From Chiloscyllium plagiosum (Eukaryota), in contig NC_057718.1 of the NCBI RefSeq assembly GCF_004010195.1, positions 41,747,803-41,811,802 of the forward strand: a DNA stretch of 64,000 nt, in the 5' to 3' direction. Under the pieces are notes generated by a model. The model was not told where the DNA came from and made no database searches. It was given only the letters and a program-made list of their open reading frames with translations. This document shows positions 37,873-52,654 of this stretch, one piece after another. Within the stretch, counting starts at the first letter, position 1; each line of letters starts with the position of its first letter. The position numbers and the translations under genes were made by a program.

Positions 37873-40339
37873 ACCAAAGAAACAGGAAAACTTTGACACT
37901 GACTTATTTTTATTTTTGTCTAGTCAACTATGTTTAATTGACATATGATAGCTACATCCTTAATAAAAAAAAATAAAATATTTGTTGTGATTGATCACAG
38001 CGGAGGGAAATTTTGGAAGAAAGATGTCACCCTACCTCCTCACCTGGTTCTAACAAGCTGTAGGATGAATTTGTCTTTTTCTGTCGCTGAAGTGAGAAGG
38101 CTAACATTAAGCTAACAGCAAGCTAACAGCTTAACTCGAGATCAATTATTAAAGGTAAACGTCTCAACTCAACCATATATTTATTTGTCTGCTCTTGAAA
38201 TCATTCATATAATTTCTTAACGAGATGCTTAGAAACTTTCTATTCCAGACTCTTTAGACTATAGACTTCTGCATTGACAACAACTAATGCTGTAGACTAT
38301 CATGAAACATCACCACCTTTTTAAAATAAGAGCTAAAGATATTCCGCATATTGTATTCCTTTGCAGCATTAACACTCTACAAAGTTTGTTTCCTGGATAT
38401 ATTTGTTACAATACTTACTGCGAATAAATGGCAAATTTGACCTCAATGAAGAGGTCAAAACAAAAATATAAAAAAGACAATCGACCATCACTTACAAGGC
38501 ATGTCTGACAGCACGTTTTGAGCATAAATGTCTGCAGTGATTACTACTTTTGAATTGGGTCTAATTATTTCCTTTGGTAAGAAAATAAGTCTTAGTTTAG
38601 TTTGTCACAAATTTGCTATTTATCTTCTGAAATGGACAAAAAAAATATATAATCCAATGCCAATTAGTATACTTCAATTGATAGACATCTTAAGATTTGT
38701 GAACAATTCATGATGTTTACAATCTGGTTATACTGAATCATGAATATTTTGGGATATATTTGAACAATTACAGTAAATATTACAAAGCTGAAAATTGTAG
38801 TAATTTGAAACAATTTATTATCAATTCATAATACACCTTCTAGAAAACTTAAGGACCATAATGCATAGGAGAGAAAATAACTGTATACCTTGCCTTTGCA
38901 GCATAAAAAAAATGATATGGTAGCCTATTTTGTGACACTAAAAAAAGTGATAAATCTGAGAATTTGTTTTAATATTAAGACCATTTTAAAATGAGAATGT
39001 TGATCATTAGTTTTGCAGCAGCTGATACTTGCAGAAGTAGACAATATGATGGTAAACATCAGTAGTGGCGACTAATTACGTCCTCCACAGGGCCAAGCTC
39101 TGAAAGGAGTAACACATTAACCAAGTGGATGTTCAGGATTGCCCAAAAACCCCACTGCGTTGACTATCAGAGGATCCAAAGGAGGTCAAAATGGTGTCAT
39201 CCCTGAGCTGTGTGTTTGCAAGTAGCAGATGGTAGTTTAGTATAGTAGCAAATTAATGAGGAAGCCAATTTTCTTGGCTACTTTTACCAAGCCAAATTGA
39301 GTACTGCAATATGACCAGGTCAATTTGTTCACGTCAGGAACTGGTTAAAGCTCTGTTAGATCATATTCTCAGCAACGGTTCTGATTGCAACTGGACAAAT
39401 AACCTCAGCAATAGCTAAGGACAATCTTTGTCAGTTCCTGAGTGTCACATAAATTGGAACATCGCTCCTTCTTTGCATCACAACAGCAAAGCAATACACC
39501 ATGGCAAACAAGAAAGAACAGCAAATCAAAATGCAAAGAAGAAAACATTTTTACTGTTCAAGGTTCAATAACTACTACTCACCACTCCTAATTAAGTAAA
39601 CTGTCGGGACAAAATATATATATTTTTCTCTTTTTAATGATAGAAATTGATTAAATAAAAAATGAAAATAATAAGGTTATTAATAATATTTCTCGGTAAT
39701 CATTTTTGTTTCAAATAGATACTGATATAATTTAAAGCTAAATTACTGTCCATTCTCTCCTATGGTTTCCTGTTCTATGAAATTAATCATTTTAGGATTT
39801 TTTTGTGCGGCTTTGCATTGCACAATCCATTCTCACTGTTGGCAGTGCTAATATATTAGGTTGTTCATTATCTGCATGTGACCTGTGTGTGTAAGTATAA
39901 CACTGTAAGCCATTTTATTCTGAGTATTAAAATTCTTTTTTCAGAATAAAGATTGAATTATTATAGTGCAAGCTTTTTGTGTGTTTCTCTAAATGATGCA
40001 TAAAAATATAAGTAAATAAACTGCATATTTATATTACTAAACACATGTCACAGACATGTCACAGACAGTAGATCAAACATTTTGTAGGTCTGTTACAGGA
40101 TCCATTTCACAAGGTATACCAACTGCTAAAGAGATGAGACATTTTTGTTCCTGCCACTTATAATATATTAAAAGAAGTCCCTAATCAGAATAACACACAA
40201 CTGATAACCATTATTACATACAAACTATGTAAAATAACAACCTTAGGTTGTTGGAGAGTGGAGGAGGTGTCAGCAATGAGAAAAACATCACTTCAGCGCA
40301 GAATTACAAAATGACTTATCATTTTCAGTAGCAACATAA

Positions 40340-40980
40340 TGAACCTATGTAAGCCCTTCTACATCAGTGTTATCTTTACATGAGTTTCATTTAGCAGAGT
40401 TTAAAATGTATGGAAGGAGAAAACATAGGGTGGGTGAAGGGTAGTCTTGCTGGTAGGGAGGATCTGACAGCTATTGAAATAGTTGATTTAACCTCAGATG
40501 AGGGGAGGTCTGAGTCAATTTAAGTGGAAAACTGCGACAGCAAGGGAAGCAAATTAATAATTGGGGATTGCAAAAGACGACCAGGGTGAAAGGAGAAACT
40601 GATATGGAATTATTCAAGCAAATAAAGAGTGCATCAGAGAAAGGGAGGGTATTAATTCTGGGTGATTTTAATTACTTGAAATTGAAGCAGGATGAGGGTC
40701 CAGACTCTTCAAAGGAGGAGGCAAATTTATTGAGTTAATACAGGACTGTTTCTTGATGCAGCAGGTTAAAAGGGGAATGAGAGAAAGAGACATGCTTGAT
40801 TTAGTATTTGGGAGTGAGCTTGAGATAGTGGCAAATTTGTAGGCTGGATAAAACTGTGTATCAGCGATTATAATGTCATTAAGTTTGATATTGTGGTATG
40901 GACTAGAGTAAGGATTAATTGAGAGGCAATTTCAAACCAATGAGTACAGAATTGAGGAGGTTACAGTGGGGATTAGTACT
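40340..40980 (+). mobile_element. Ancient CR1 APE-domain fragment
   Basis: attctgggtgattttaattac (ILGDFNY), caggactgtttcttgatgcag (QDCFLMQ), cttgatttagtattt (LDLVF). Confidence 0.7.
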
Positions 40981-41429
40981 AAAGAAGAAAATATTTCAAA
41001 ATTAAATACTTTTCACACATGTGATGGAGTAAGTGTGAATAGAGTTGTGCTGTGCAATGTGTCTTATATTAATGTCAATATTAGATCTAATTAGATACAA
41101 AAGATAAACAAAATAAATATAAAAGAAAACTAGAGATTCTTTTACTGAGAAAATACATCACAATTATGAAAGAATACGCAATGTTAAAAGTAATCTGGAT
41201 GAAAGGAAAACATTGTTAAAATCACAGCACTGGGAAAGGAGAAGAGATTTATGTATTTTCGGTATTTGAATATTTATATAACTCTTTTCCAATTCTTGAC
41301 TCTACTAGAAATGTGCCAGCAGAATAGATAGAGGTTGCAGAGGGTGAAATCTGCAGGAGAAGTCAAAACTTGGGTTGTCATTTAAATACCACAGAACCTG
41401 AGGAGTAGAGTGTATGAAACTTACGCAAA

Positions 41430-41635
41430 ATACTAGGGATGCTGGGAATCTGAAATAAATGCAGAAAATGCTGGAAAAGCTCCACAGAACCTGCGGAGAG
41501 TGAAGCCGAGTTAATGTCTCAAGCTGCTGATCTTTGATCAGAATTCTCCTAATGAAAAGCCTTTGACCTGAAAAATTAACTCTGTCTCTCCCTCCACAGA
41601 TGCTGCCTGACCTGCTGACCATTTCCAGCATGCTC
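41430..41635. mobile_element. Old PLE pLTR fold-back remnant
   Basis: Left arm gaaaatgctggaaaagctc...gagttaat is inverted relative to attaactctg...gacctgctgaccatttccagcat. A decayed cctaatgaa core lies between the arms. Confidence 0.6.
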
Positions 41636-42689
41636 TGCTGCTATAAATTGATCTGCATCTTACCCAAATACAAGAGTGGGAAATTAACCCATACATGACA
41701 TTGCATTACTGCTAATTATGTCCTTAAGTCATGTGAACCAGCAATGCGAAGTTATAGCTTTGCCTACTACTGATACAGAAAATCAGGTGTTGGACGTATA
41801 TGAGTAGATGCATAAAACTTCAGCTTCTCTCACACAAATTTCTGTTACAAATCTAAAATTGCCATTTAAAGTTGATGTGTTAACAGTTTGGCAATGATCC
41901 TTACTAGCGACATGAGTAATTGCTTTTGCTAGTTATATTCCAAAGTTAGTGCCTTTCATTACCTAGATATATCAAAGGATTGATAGCAGCAGCAGGCTGA
42001 AGTATTTTGAAGTATAGCATTGTAACATAGGATAGCCTTTGATTATTGCGCACACTAGTTATAAAAGGGTTACTGAATTTACTGCTCATACAATGGGTAT
42101 TGCAGACTCTAGTAATTGCAATTTCTTAATTGACAGGAAATGCATCGCACCAATGCAAAACAAATCAAAATGAGCAGGAACATTTTCAGTCCAACTATTC
42201 TCATTATTGAAGATGCATTTTAATTTTTGCTATCAACAGCAGAGTTAAGAATAAAAGGCTTATTCAGGAAAAAAAAAGAAAAACTGCAGTATATAACAGT
42301 AATCATAACCTCAAGCCACTTTAAACTGCTTTACAGTCAAAGAAGTTGATGTTGAAGAGTAGTTATTCAGAAAGAACAGATAGGAACTCGATTTGAAATA
42401 GTCTCAGCTGGATTGTACTGAAGGCATCTAAGAAACAGATAATTCTACTGGATTTATCAGAAATCCACTAGGGACTCAGATTCGCTGAGTTGACCCCAGT
42501 TCTTATCAGCTAGTCATCTTCAATTCACCTGTTGTCAATTTTACTAAATTTCAACACCCATTGTAAAAGTTCTTTTATCCCTCAATTTTCACACAGCAAA
42601 ATCCTAAAGACAACAATGTCGTAATGATTTGTTATCATTTGTTTTTAGCCATTTGTTGAAGAATACATATTAGGATGTCAGACAGAACT

Positions 42690-42860
42690 CTACCTTTACT
42701 CTCCCAACTGTGGAACTTTTCACATCCAGCAAAGTGGTGTAGACATCACGGCCTCAATTGAGTGTTTCATCTGAAAAGATCTTTGCCAGTGCAGCAATTC
42801 TTCAACATAGCATTGAAGTGTTGGCCTATATTTTGAGCTCAATCCAGGAGTAGGTCAAAG
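42690..42860 (-). mobile_element. Ancient LF-SINE-like fragment
   Basis: gtttcatctgaaaagatc..cagtgcagca..ttc..agcattgaagtgttggcctata resembles the reverse complement of the LF-SINE-type core as I recall it; diverged. Confidence 0.45.
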
Positions 42861-45800
42861 GTTGCATGATTTAACTATCACTTAATATTTTAAACTGGGT
42901 AACTGATCACTGTAGTTTTCTAAAGATTGGTTCAGGCACCTTTGCCATAAAGTGTATTAATAAACAAGAAGAATGCATGTACATATTGTTTATGTGCAGG
43001 TCACAAGTTGTGTGGAAAAGAAGCTGTACAAGGTGACTAATATTGTTTAGAATTTCAAGACAGATTTAACAAATGAGCAAATTACAATTATCGTTATATT
43101 GTGCTACATAAAGCAATATTTTCCAGTACCAAAAGTAGCAAATGGAATCATACAATGAAAAGTTAGTTATTAAGTGAAGCAGGAAACACATTAGGGTGGG
43201 CAAATCAATGAAATTTGGAATGTTTTGTTGTCCTGATTTAAGTAATTGTCAAGGCAGATAGAAAATTAGTGAAAAGTCACACAGCACACATTTGAGAAAG
43301 TGATACTAACACAATGAAACATTTCACATAGAGTGGTGAAACCAGACTTGATCAGTATACTTCTGCAAAAAAGTGCTAAGTCTAAACAGATCCTGTGACT
43401 ATTTAAAACTAAACTAAATAGACATTCATCCCTCTAGGGTGATACTTTATAGTTTGAACTAGGATGGAATTTGGTGCAATTTTTAAAAAATTATGTTGGG
43501 GTCAAATAAAGTTGAGGGAAACTCCTTTCCGTGAACTAGCACAGGACAAAAGTACAAACACGTGAAGTAATATGATGGTGGGAACAGATTGATACCTTGA
43601 ACAATGAATACTGAAACATTATCAAAGAAAATACTCGGGTAATCAAACTTCTTGTTCAATCTCAAGCTGAAAATTAACTTGGCGTCAAAGCAAAAGGTAT
43701 ATAACAGTAATCTGTCAGGATATAGACAATTAAATAAGTTAGTTAAGTTCAACAATCTTTGCAAATGTCTATTACTCATAATGTTCAAGATGTAACATTT
43801 AACTCAGCATAAGATTTTAATAGCTACAAGGGGTAAAGTAGAATAATCCTAACATTAATGTTGAAAATGTATGTGATGAATGAGAACAGTCTCACCTGCT
43901 AAATCCCTATCTCAAGAACTACAATAGTCCTTCGTGCTAACATTGTTTGTGTCCAGTGATTAATACTACATATGTTGTTTTTTTTTATTAACAGGGAAAC
44001 TATATAATGTACGCTTCTAATAGCATCTCTCTGACTTAAGCATGCATTTTCTGCAGCTACCAATGATGTTGTTAAAGATAGATGACTATTCATTGACAAG
44101 GATTGACAGCATTAGGGTAAATAATCTGTTTTATTTTTATGTTTCGTTGTGCCACTAAGCATTGTGGAGTAGTTATAAAAAGTGACAATATAATAAGCCC
44201 CTGGAAATGCAGCCTGAAGCCCAACCTTGAATAGGACATGTCCTTTAAACTAGTAATAATCTGTTTTTTAAATTTTATTTTTCATCCTGAGCTCGATTAA
44301 AAGGCCCTGAAAATTAATAACGCATGTTATAGCAAGAGTTACACAAAATCTTTTACATTTTAAGATTATAGCATTTTAATTTTTCATTAAACTTGAATTA
44401 TAACTTGCACCAGTTTGTTAGGCCAATAATTGCAGCATTTATTGGATTCTCTGTCTTCTTTAATGACCTCGCAAAACCAGGACCTTGGGCTATAAACACA
44501 ATAGCGTCCTTTAAAATGATTTTGCTGTTATATTTAAAATGGACACATCTTGCCACTTACCTTCATTACTTTACTCTCCAATGTGAAAAAAATGAAATGT
44601 TCATGTCAGTCTGTCATATATAAAGTAATATAACTGAAAAAGATAAACATGTTTCTTTTTTATTCCAACAGCTGTATTTCAAAGCCATAAAAAATATCAG
44701 GAGGTGTGGCTAACAAGGCATTATTCACTTAAAGGGGAGCTCAACCAAATTTTAAGAAGTAACAAATTCCAATAATTTACACAGAGAAAATCAGGTGGCA
44801 TATCATTAGAAGTATGCACTTTCATGTTGTATATGTCAATTTGTTACACAATACAAACTATGAAAAGATTACAATACACCAGAATATATGAAGTTAAGAT
44901 GAAACAATATTTCTTGAAGGAAACCATTCCTTGTGACTAAGTAGACTTCCTAGAAAACACATAGTGCAGAATACTTGCAAAATACTTTTCATAAAGAATA
45001 ACATAACTTATTGTAGAATTAATTGTGTGCATCTTTTTGAAAAATGCAGCAGCATCTGGATGTCACATATAGCTCAAAGTCTTTACTGCAGCTTGCAAGA
45101 GATGTTTTGGGACAATCCAGGATTGCAAACTGTGTGAATATCTGTCTTAGTGCCCTGTAATTGTAAACATAGATTTAGGCAAGAGGTTGCAGATCTGCTT
45201 CTCCTTCTCAAGTGCACCAAAGACGTTAGTCAGAATGATGATCAAAAAGTTTATTGTTCTAAAAGACATTAGCTAGAAATTGATACTTAAAAGGGAAGAA
45301 AATAACAGTTCTCCCTCCTATCGACAAGGTCTATTACCTTTCATATCAATAATATTGACAAATCTGCTGAAATGTAATATAGTGCAATGCTCTGACTTTA
45401 GCTTTCCTGTACTCAGGAATACAATTGTGTTTTGATTCAAGAAAGTTTTACTCCTGTGACCAGTTTCTGCATAGCAATAGTGACCTCAAGCCTCTGCAAC
45501 CCCCACACTCAGCAGCTATTTGTTATCTTCTGTTGAGAGTAGATCTTTGCCAATTTCCCACTTTTGTTTGGTGCATGGTTCCAAGTGGAATGCCTGACCT
45601 GTTGTTTAATGACATTGGCAGCATATGGCAGTGAGGGAATGCAAACTGGACTTGTAAAGGACTTCTCTCACTGAAACCAGTGTACAGCATCTCTTTGAGG
45701 CTGTATCATTCCACTTGCTAGTCAATTGGTGAATGCTCTTGTGTCTTGTATAATGCCTCTAACCAATACCAGCAGCCAACCAAGCCAATAGCATAATCTT

Positions 45801-46739
45801 TGCTAGACAAAGTTGAACTGATTACATGGTGCTGTAGCTTCTTTTAATAAGATTACACTTATGGATTTCTAAAGAATCTTTACCAAATGTGTGTGACAAT
45901 GTTACAGTTTCATAATAATCCACTGAGGATGTATTAAGGCTCATCTTCACATATATTTGAATGATAAGTATCATATGTACAAGCTTTATAATTTTGGATA
46001 TATATTTTCCTGTCATTGTGCAGCACTCTTTGCATTTGGTTATGTGGCAGGAAAAGGATACATGTCCCAAAGGAGAGCGATGCTCCTCTGTCATGATTTT
46101 TTACATCAATTAGGATCCTTCTTCCAAAATTCCTTTCTTAAACTTTCATTTGAGAACACATATTACAATTACAGATTCTGTTAAATTCCATTTCAGTTTA
46201 CCTTGTCATAACAATTTTATGAAACGTTATTATTCTTCAAGCGCTCTGATGCATTATTCCTCACTATGTGTGTAATCAAATACTCACACCCCTCCAACTT
46301 CCTTGTTCTAATGCACATCTCAAAACTTTAACTTGCAGAACCTGAATTGTTTTGTAAGCCCAAAATTTGTGTTACATTTTCGTCTGATATCAGAGATGGG
46401 ATTGGCCAACAGTTACTCATATATACGTTTTTTTAAAAAATGGTCATCCAGTACAGAAGTAACCCAAAATGGAAAAAAAAATCTGTTTTGTTTGTTATTG
46501 CATCTCAGTGATAATATTACCGAACATCAGGGGCTGGGGTTGGGTTGGGGATAGGGTCTAAAGTGTCTGTTTACAAACTGGCCACTACATGAAACTATTT
46601 GCACATCGTTGGCTGGTACAAATTTTCAATAAATATTGACAGACTGCATCATTGAGGAGCAATAGGGCGATTTAATTTGACTATTGTGCAAAATATGCAT
46701 TGTAACCCTGAATGCTGGAGAGGGAATCAAATCATAGTC

Positions 46740-49150
46740 AACAACCACGTTTCGCTGTTAGTTGTGGCCAACCTTTACCAGCCTCAATGAATAAACTATG
46801 TTTTTTTTCTCCAAGGAGCCTTTCCCACGCGTCTTTGTTCGTCGGCAGAACCAATTCACGTCGTTTGAAATGTTTACAATCGTCTTAAATTAGCAACAAG
46901 CAAAGGAATGGATTGGAAAATGAAACGACGTCTGGTGTTTTAATTCTGTTCCTTCACCAACCCGCTTTACCTGCAGCTTGCTACACAAATAGCTCTGTCC
47001 AACATAATATGCGCTACACGGATATTTATACAATTTAGAAATATACATGTCCTCACGGGCTAAAAAGAACGGAATTCTCTTGATGCAGTTGTACAGCTTG
47101 CACACTTGCAGATTCTTAACCTCCAAAAGATTTTGTGTGCGTGTTGCCAGTTCTCATTTGCATGCAGAGATTTAATTTCCCTCACTAAATATGACGAATT
47201 ACATAGATTTTCTCCAGTTAATGCCGTTAACAGCTCCCAATAAACTTCATTAATCAGTATAGCTCTTGGCCCGATGTGCACACTGGAACAGCTCATTTGG
47301 CTGATTAGCTGGTGACTTAGCAAATAACCAGGTGGATCATCTGAAAGCTTTAAGGCTTTAATTACACCCTAATCAGTTCAGTGGCTGGCTGCAAAGGCAG
47401 CCACAAGCACGCTTTCTCCACCCAGCCCGCTGCAACACATATTCTTTCTGTCACTTTAGCCCCACTGACAAATCACTTCAAGGGCAGTCTAACTTTGAAG
47501 GACAAGACAAAGCTTTAACATATGGCACATTCCCCAGATGTTCCTTTTTAAAGACGGCCAGTTTCGAAACCGGCAGTGATTGTGAAAACTTATAGCCAAC
47601 TATCAGCTATTATTGTTCCTTTTTATAGCTTCCCAAAAGGGGGAAGCCAACCCATCAGCGATTTGCTGAAACATTTAGCTGAAAATGGTAATTCCGCCAT
47701 GCACATTCATCATTTGTTCCAATATTTCCAGTGCAGGCACGTACACGGTATTTTTTTAAAAGAGAGGTCAGTGAAGGGACTGTTAACATTGTTTAGTAAA
47801 TTACAGTATACACAATTTGGCCACCTAACTATAAAAATATCCCTCTCCCACGATCAACTGGTACACCCATATTAACCCGGTTAACATGGTGACTGATCTA
47901 TTTCCAGTCTTTTCAAACTCTAAGCACGATTTTTACGTTTTAAAATAATTAGCCTACATAATTTCTGGTAACTGACAAACTGAGGAAACAGACTTGTCTG
48001 CAATGATCTGATGGCTCATGTTTTTTACGGATCAACAAATAGACATCAATTAGTCAGAGGTGGGAAAGGAATTTTGACCCGCGCTTGAATCTGACTAAAG
48101 TCCTGTCGTAATTTACGTTGTAGGTGACGAGTTCGTGTTTTGACACTTTCTAGGTGAAGCTCTATTCGCTCTGCTTCTGCTTCACCTTAATCATTCTTAA
48201 CATAGGATGCTTTTAAAATTTCTGAAAACTTCTTTTTTGGAAATGATTAGGGAGTGAATCCGGTTGAAAATATCATCCGAAATTAAACGAAATCGGAGGA
48301 AGAGACAACTAACCCTTTCCCCAGCGCAACTCGGGACCAAAGTAGCTGATGTTTCATTTAACAGGGGGCGGGGGGAGAACTTCGATGTGTTTTGCTTCAT
48401 CGTTTTTTAATATTCGACGTTCAAACTTGTCAGAATATGATGAGATTAAAAACTACAGAGGAAATTCGTTAATGAATCAAATTGACAAAGATAATTCATT
48501 TAAAAAATGCATTTGCTGGGCACAGAATTACCGTGTTCTATTGGATTATTAGTCTCTGCAAAGTCCATTTTGCGAGAATTAACAAATCAGGATTCAATAT
48601 ATTAATGTTTAACTGTTGCTGGCTTGTATTGTCAATGTAATGGCCAAAAGAAGTGCGCATACTTATATAAATGATCTCGTCGAGTGCAAAAAAAATCCAC
48701 CCCAAACTAGCCCAAAGCAAGACAAAAGCACAGAACCACATGTATAGGACTCGGGCACAGCACTCAATCATAACCTGTCATAGGTGCAGCCACTATGCAT
48801 TATCCCGCAGTGATTGATAGACTGCAGTGAGCAGGCTGGGGAGCTGGGCACAGCTCAGCGTGAGACTCGACGGTCAGACTGCACCGCACACACACGTGTT
48901 CACTGCTTACAGGACTTCTACTTTGTTGTTTTAAATAATACGTTTTAAAAAAAGTTACACCAGTATACTCAGCCACGCGGGTGAACTTTAATTTGGTGGA
49001 TAAGACTGGATATCATGTTCTCGCCCTAAGAATGATCGTTTCACATGTGGCCAGCGTCGCCAAAGTCTGACAACTTTGATAAACAAAAAAAATACATTGG
49101 AGATTTTGCATGGATTATTTTTGGGTTAAGTCGGAATCGCCTAATCTGAA
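46740..49150 (+). promoter_or_regulatory. CpG-enriched, repeat-free promoter/enhancer-like region
   Basis: Visibly higher CpG density than the flanks. Motifs: octamer ATTTGCAT 47156-47163, ARE-like TGACTTAGCA 47313-47322, GC box 48365-48373, ATTGG 48540-48544, TATATAAA 48664-48671, CACGTG 48893-48898. Confidence 0.6.
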
Positions 49151-49877
49151 AAAGACTGAATTTACCTTGGGAAGAATTGTTTTGTTTACTATGTGTAGAC
49201 AGACAAAACAGTTCCAAAATATATTCATGAGGTGCCTCTACATTATGGCCCAGCTAATTCTCTCCTCCATTTTAATAGTCTTTAACCAGTAAAGTTATCG
49301 TTCAATAGATTGAATGTTTAATAACATGTTCAGTAATATGATTTCATGCGTTTTTAAACATACTTCTTTCCAAGAAAATAGTCAATTTTGTAAATAACTG
49401 GAAGATGGATTAGACAATTTATCAATTACATCAATGTGCCTTTAATTGAAAAATGAATCTTAGTTTGAGAAGTTGAGATAACCAAGGGGAATTCTATATT
49501 GCATATGCATATTGAAGTATGTTATGAGCCATGAGCACATTGTTAGGTTCAAAAACCTCAATAGTCCACAACAATAAGGCATGTTATTTGGTCAGAAGCA
49601 ATTTCCAAATTGTGCTATTCCACATAATAGTAGACTAGTTTCAGGCAGAGATTTTATTCCATTTTCACCAAGTTTATTTGATGGATGTCTCAGAGGATGG
49701 TAATAAATAGGATTCTGTAAAAGAATGACATAAGTCCAATGGTACTGAGTATTGAATGTTAATTATCTGGTGCATTGTAGCAGCCTGTGGTGAAGGACCA
49801 TTTGAGAGGAAAAGCTCAGGCAACAGCAGCAACAAACATTAATGAAATTCTTCAAGCATAATAAAAAATCATATCAT

Positions 49878-50015
49878 GCTTATATGATAAAACAAAGAAT
49901 TGCGAAAGCTGGAAATCTGAAACAGAAATTGCTAGAGAAACTCAGCAGGTCTGACAGCATCCATGGAGAGAGAAACAGAGTTAACGCATTGAGTCCACTG
50001 ACCCTTCTTCAGGAC
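49878..50015 (-). mobile_element. PLE pLTR remnant with degenerate hammerhead
   Basis: Minus strand: gtc-CTGAAGA-A-GGGTC-agtg-GACTC-aatgc-GTT-aac, then gatgctgtcagacctgctgagtttctc. Confidence 0.65.
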
Positions 50016-52654
50016 AGGGTCTACTAGAACAGCATCCTAACATGCTTTACAGGAATGTTTGATGTGATGGGAGATAGGAACAATTTTTAATGAGCAATTT
50101 TTAATTGAGATTGAAAGAAGGTTAATGATGTACTTTTAAACTTCTTGCAAGCTTTGGTTTCAACTGTATTAACGAAGATATGCTGAGCACAAGCTAAGTA
50201 TCAACATTATTTTGTAGTGAGGGGCTCAAACAGAGGATAGAGTGCAATTCATTAGCACAAGGTGCTGTGTTGTCAGGGAGAGAGAAAAAATACATCGTTA
50301 CATATTTGAAATGTACAAAACTCATGACGAGTTGAATACTCATTGTGAAGAAGCAATTTTATGGAATTCCAGAATCTGAACAATATGTTGTTCAGTTTCA
50401 AACTTTCTTTCAATGCCATCTTGGTTGAAATCATGTTTGATTCAGCACTGGCTCTGCAATGCAGTAGTATGTAAGTCTTGATATCACAGGACCAGATAGA
50501 AATTGCAAACTTAAAATGATTTAATTTGAATGACTTCAGTGTGACTCTCAAATCCTTAACCTTACACCTGATTCAGCCAAGTTGGCTTTAGAAAGCCTGT
50601 CCTTCAAATTACAGGACAGGCAAAATCAATGTTAGCATTTTGCATTTCTTTCCCTAACTTTTTCCAATCAGAGCAAGTAGCCACTGTCTGTGATTGGAAC
50701 CATTATCACACAAAGGGCTTTCATTTGTAGGTTTCTGAAATTTAAGTTCAAAGTGTGTTGAAGAAGGGGGTGTGTATTGGTCCAATTTCTCACAATCAGG
50801 TGGTGGGAGGATATGCACTTGTATTGTGGGTAAGTGTCGTCTGATTCCTCATAAGCTAATGGAGGGTGATTGTCGTATATTTATTTTGAGTGAGAGGCCT
50901 TTTAATCCTAGTAATTTCATGGTGAAGAAATTTTTCTTTTTGTGAGGTTGTGAAGATGAGTGTCTGTCTGAATTTTGAGAATGGAATGGGAGGGGAGGTG
51001 GTTTTAAACTGCTTGAGGGTCTGTACAACCTCAGCAGTCTAACGGAATTGAAAGATGCAGAACTGTGGTGAATAGTCATCTATCCAATTATTGGTAGTTG
51101 AACAGAAAGGGAACAAGCAGACTCATGGCAATAAATATGTCAAAATTCTAGCGAGTCTTATCTTTTCCTTTCAATATCGGGGAAGCTACTCTGAAATCTA
51201 CATGGGAATTTGGTTATGAGTGTCAGCCATATTTATTAACGTACAGAAATAGTTAAAATGAAGGTTTCAGTGTGAAGCACATAAAGTTCAGACTTCCTTA
51301 ACTACAAAGACTGAATTAATAGGACAACTTATTTGTAGAAACCTATGGCTATGCTATATGGCTATTTGCCTTCATCTATTGTTTATTGATTAGCAAATTG
51401 TCCATTTAAAAGCTGAATTTCAGTTGAAATAGGAAAGACATTGGTGGTTTAATGTACTTAAATTAGAACACATCTATTACTTGCTAATTACTTGTGTTTA
51501 GGTTTGGCTGATCTGAAATCTATCTTTTCTGATTCTGAACTTTCAGTCTTATATTATGAGCCAGAGTAAAGAGTAACTGCCACACAGTCTCTCAATGAGG
51601 ATTTGGATGTAACAGTAGTTAAATTAGCACAAATGCTGGTAATTTTTGCAAACACTTTTGTGTTAGGGAGGAATTTATCTTGTGTTTGATTGAATATTTT
51701 TACCTACGCTAAAAAGCAGTGTGAGCATATCTGTCATTTAAATTTGCATACTACATATGCCTTATAATTGAGTTCTGTCACAGCCATTTCACCTGTGTTA
51801 CTCAGCTTGGATGATAATCAGAACAGATGCACATTAACCACTGAATATATATCTTTATCATTTATATACCAAAGGAATAGACAAAAATAAGAAATCTGAA
51901 ATAGAAACAGAAAAATCATTGAATTATGTATTGTGTGAAACAGAAAACACAGTCTACAATTTTGGATCAAACCTAATATCAAAATTCATGTTTTATTGAA
52001 ATATCCTATTCAAATCATTATTTTCTTTTAAGCCTCTGACCAACTTACTGTGAAATTTCCACCATTTTGATCTTTTCATCATAACACTTGAACTAGAAAG
52101 TTAGTTAGGTAGAATTAACATCGGATGTCCAACTAATTTGAGCAAAGTAAAAGGCCCAGGCTTCTATTGGAAGGTGTTTATGCAGTTATTTGTTGCGCAG
52201 GGACAGAATTGAGCTTACACAATCTGCTTGCCAAGCTCAGTTTGCTGACATTTATTATCTTGGCAAATACATGCAACATGTTACTTGGATGAGGGAACAA
52301 AAGACAGCAGAGACCGATAAAACTATTTCTTAGCAAAAACTGATAACCTTCTATACAACAATTTGTATTTCTATAATATTGGTTAACATGGTAAAATATG
52401 TTAAGGCATATCAAAGGAGCATTATCATACAAAATAGAGCACCAAACATCAGCAAACAAATGTTTCTAAGTTACATAAGGAAATATTACAATAAGCATTC
52501 AAAAGCTTTGCAAAAAAAAATGACAAATGTCTTAAAGGAAGAGAAATAATAGGAGAGGTTTCAGGAGGAAGTTCCAAAAACAGAAAACAAAAAGTAAATT
52601 AGTTGAGCTCAGTTCACTAAATGGTTAATGCCATTTAATCATAGCATCCTTAAG

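Noticed and set aside
40022..40070. p53-like site in the acatgtcacag tandem duplication
   Set aside because: Several mismatches to RRRCWWGYYY; a simple 11-bp slippage duplication explains it.
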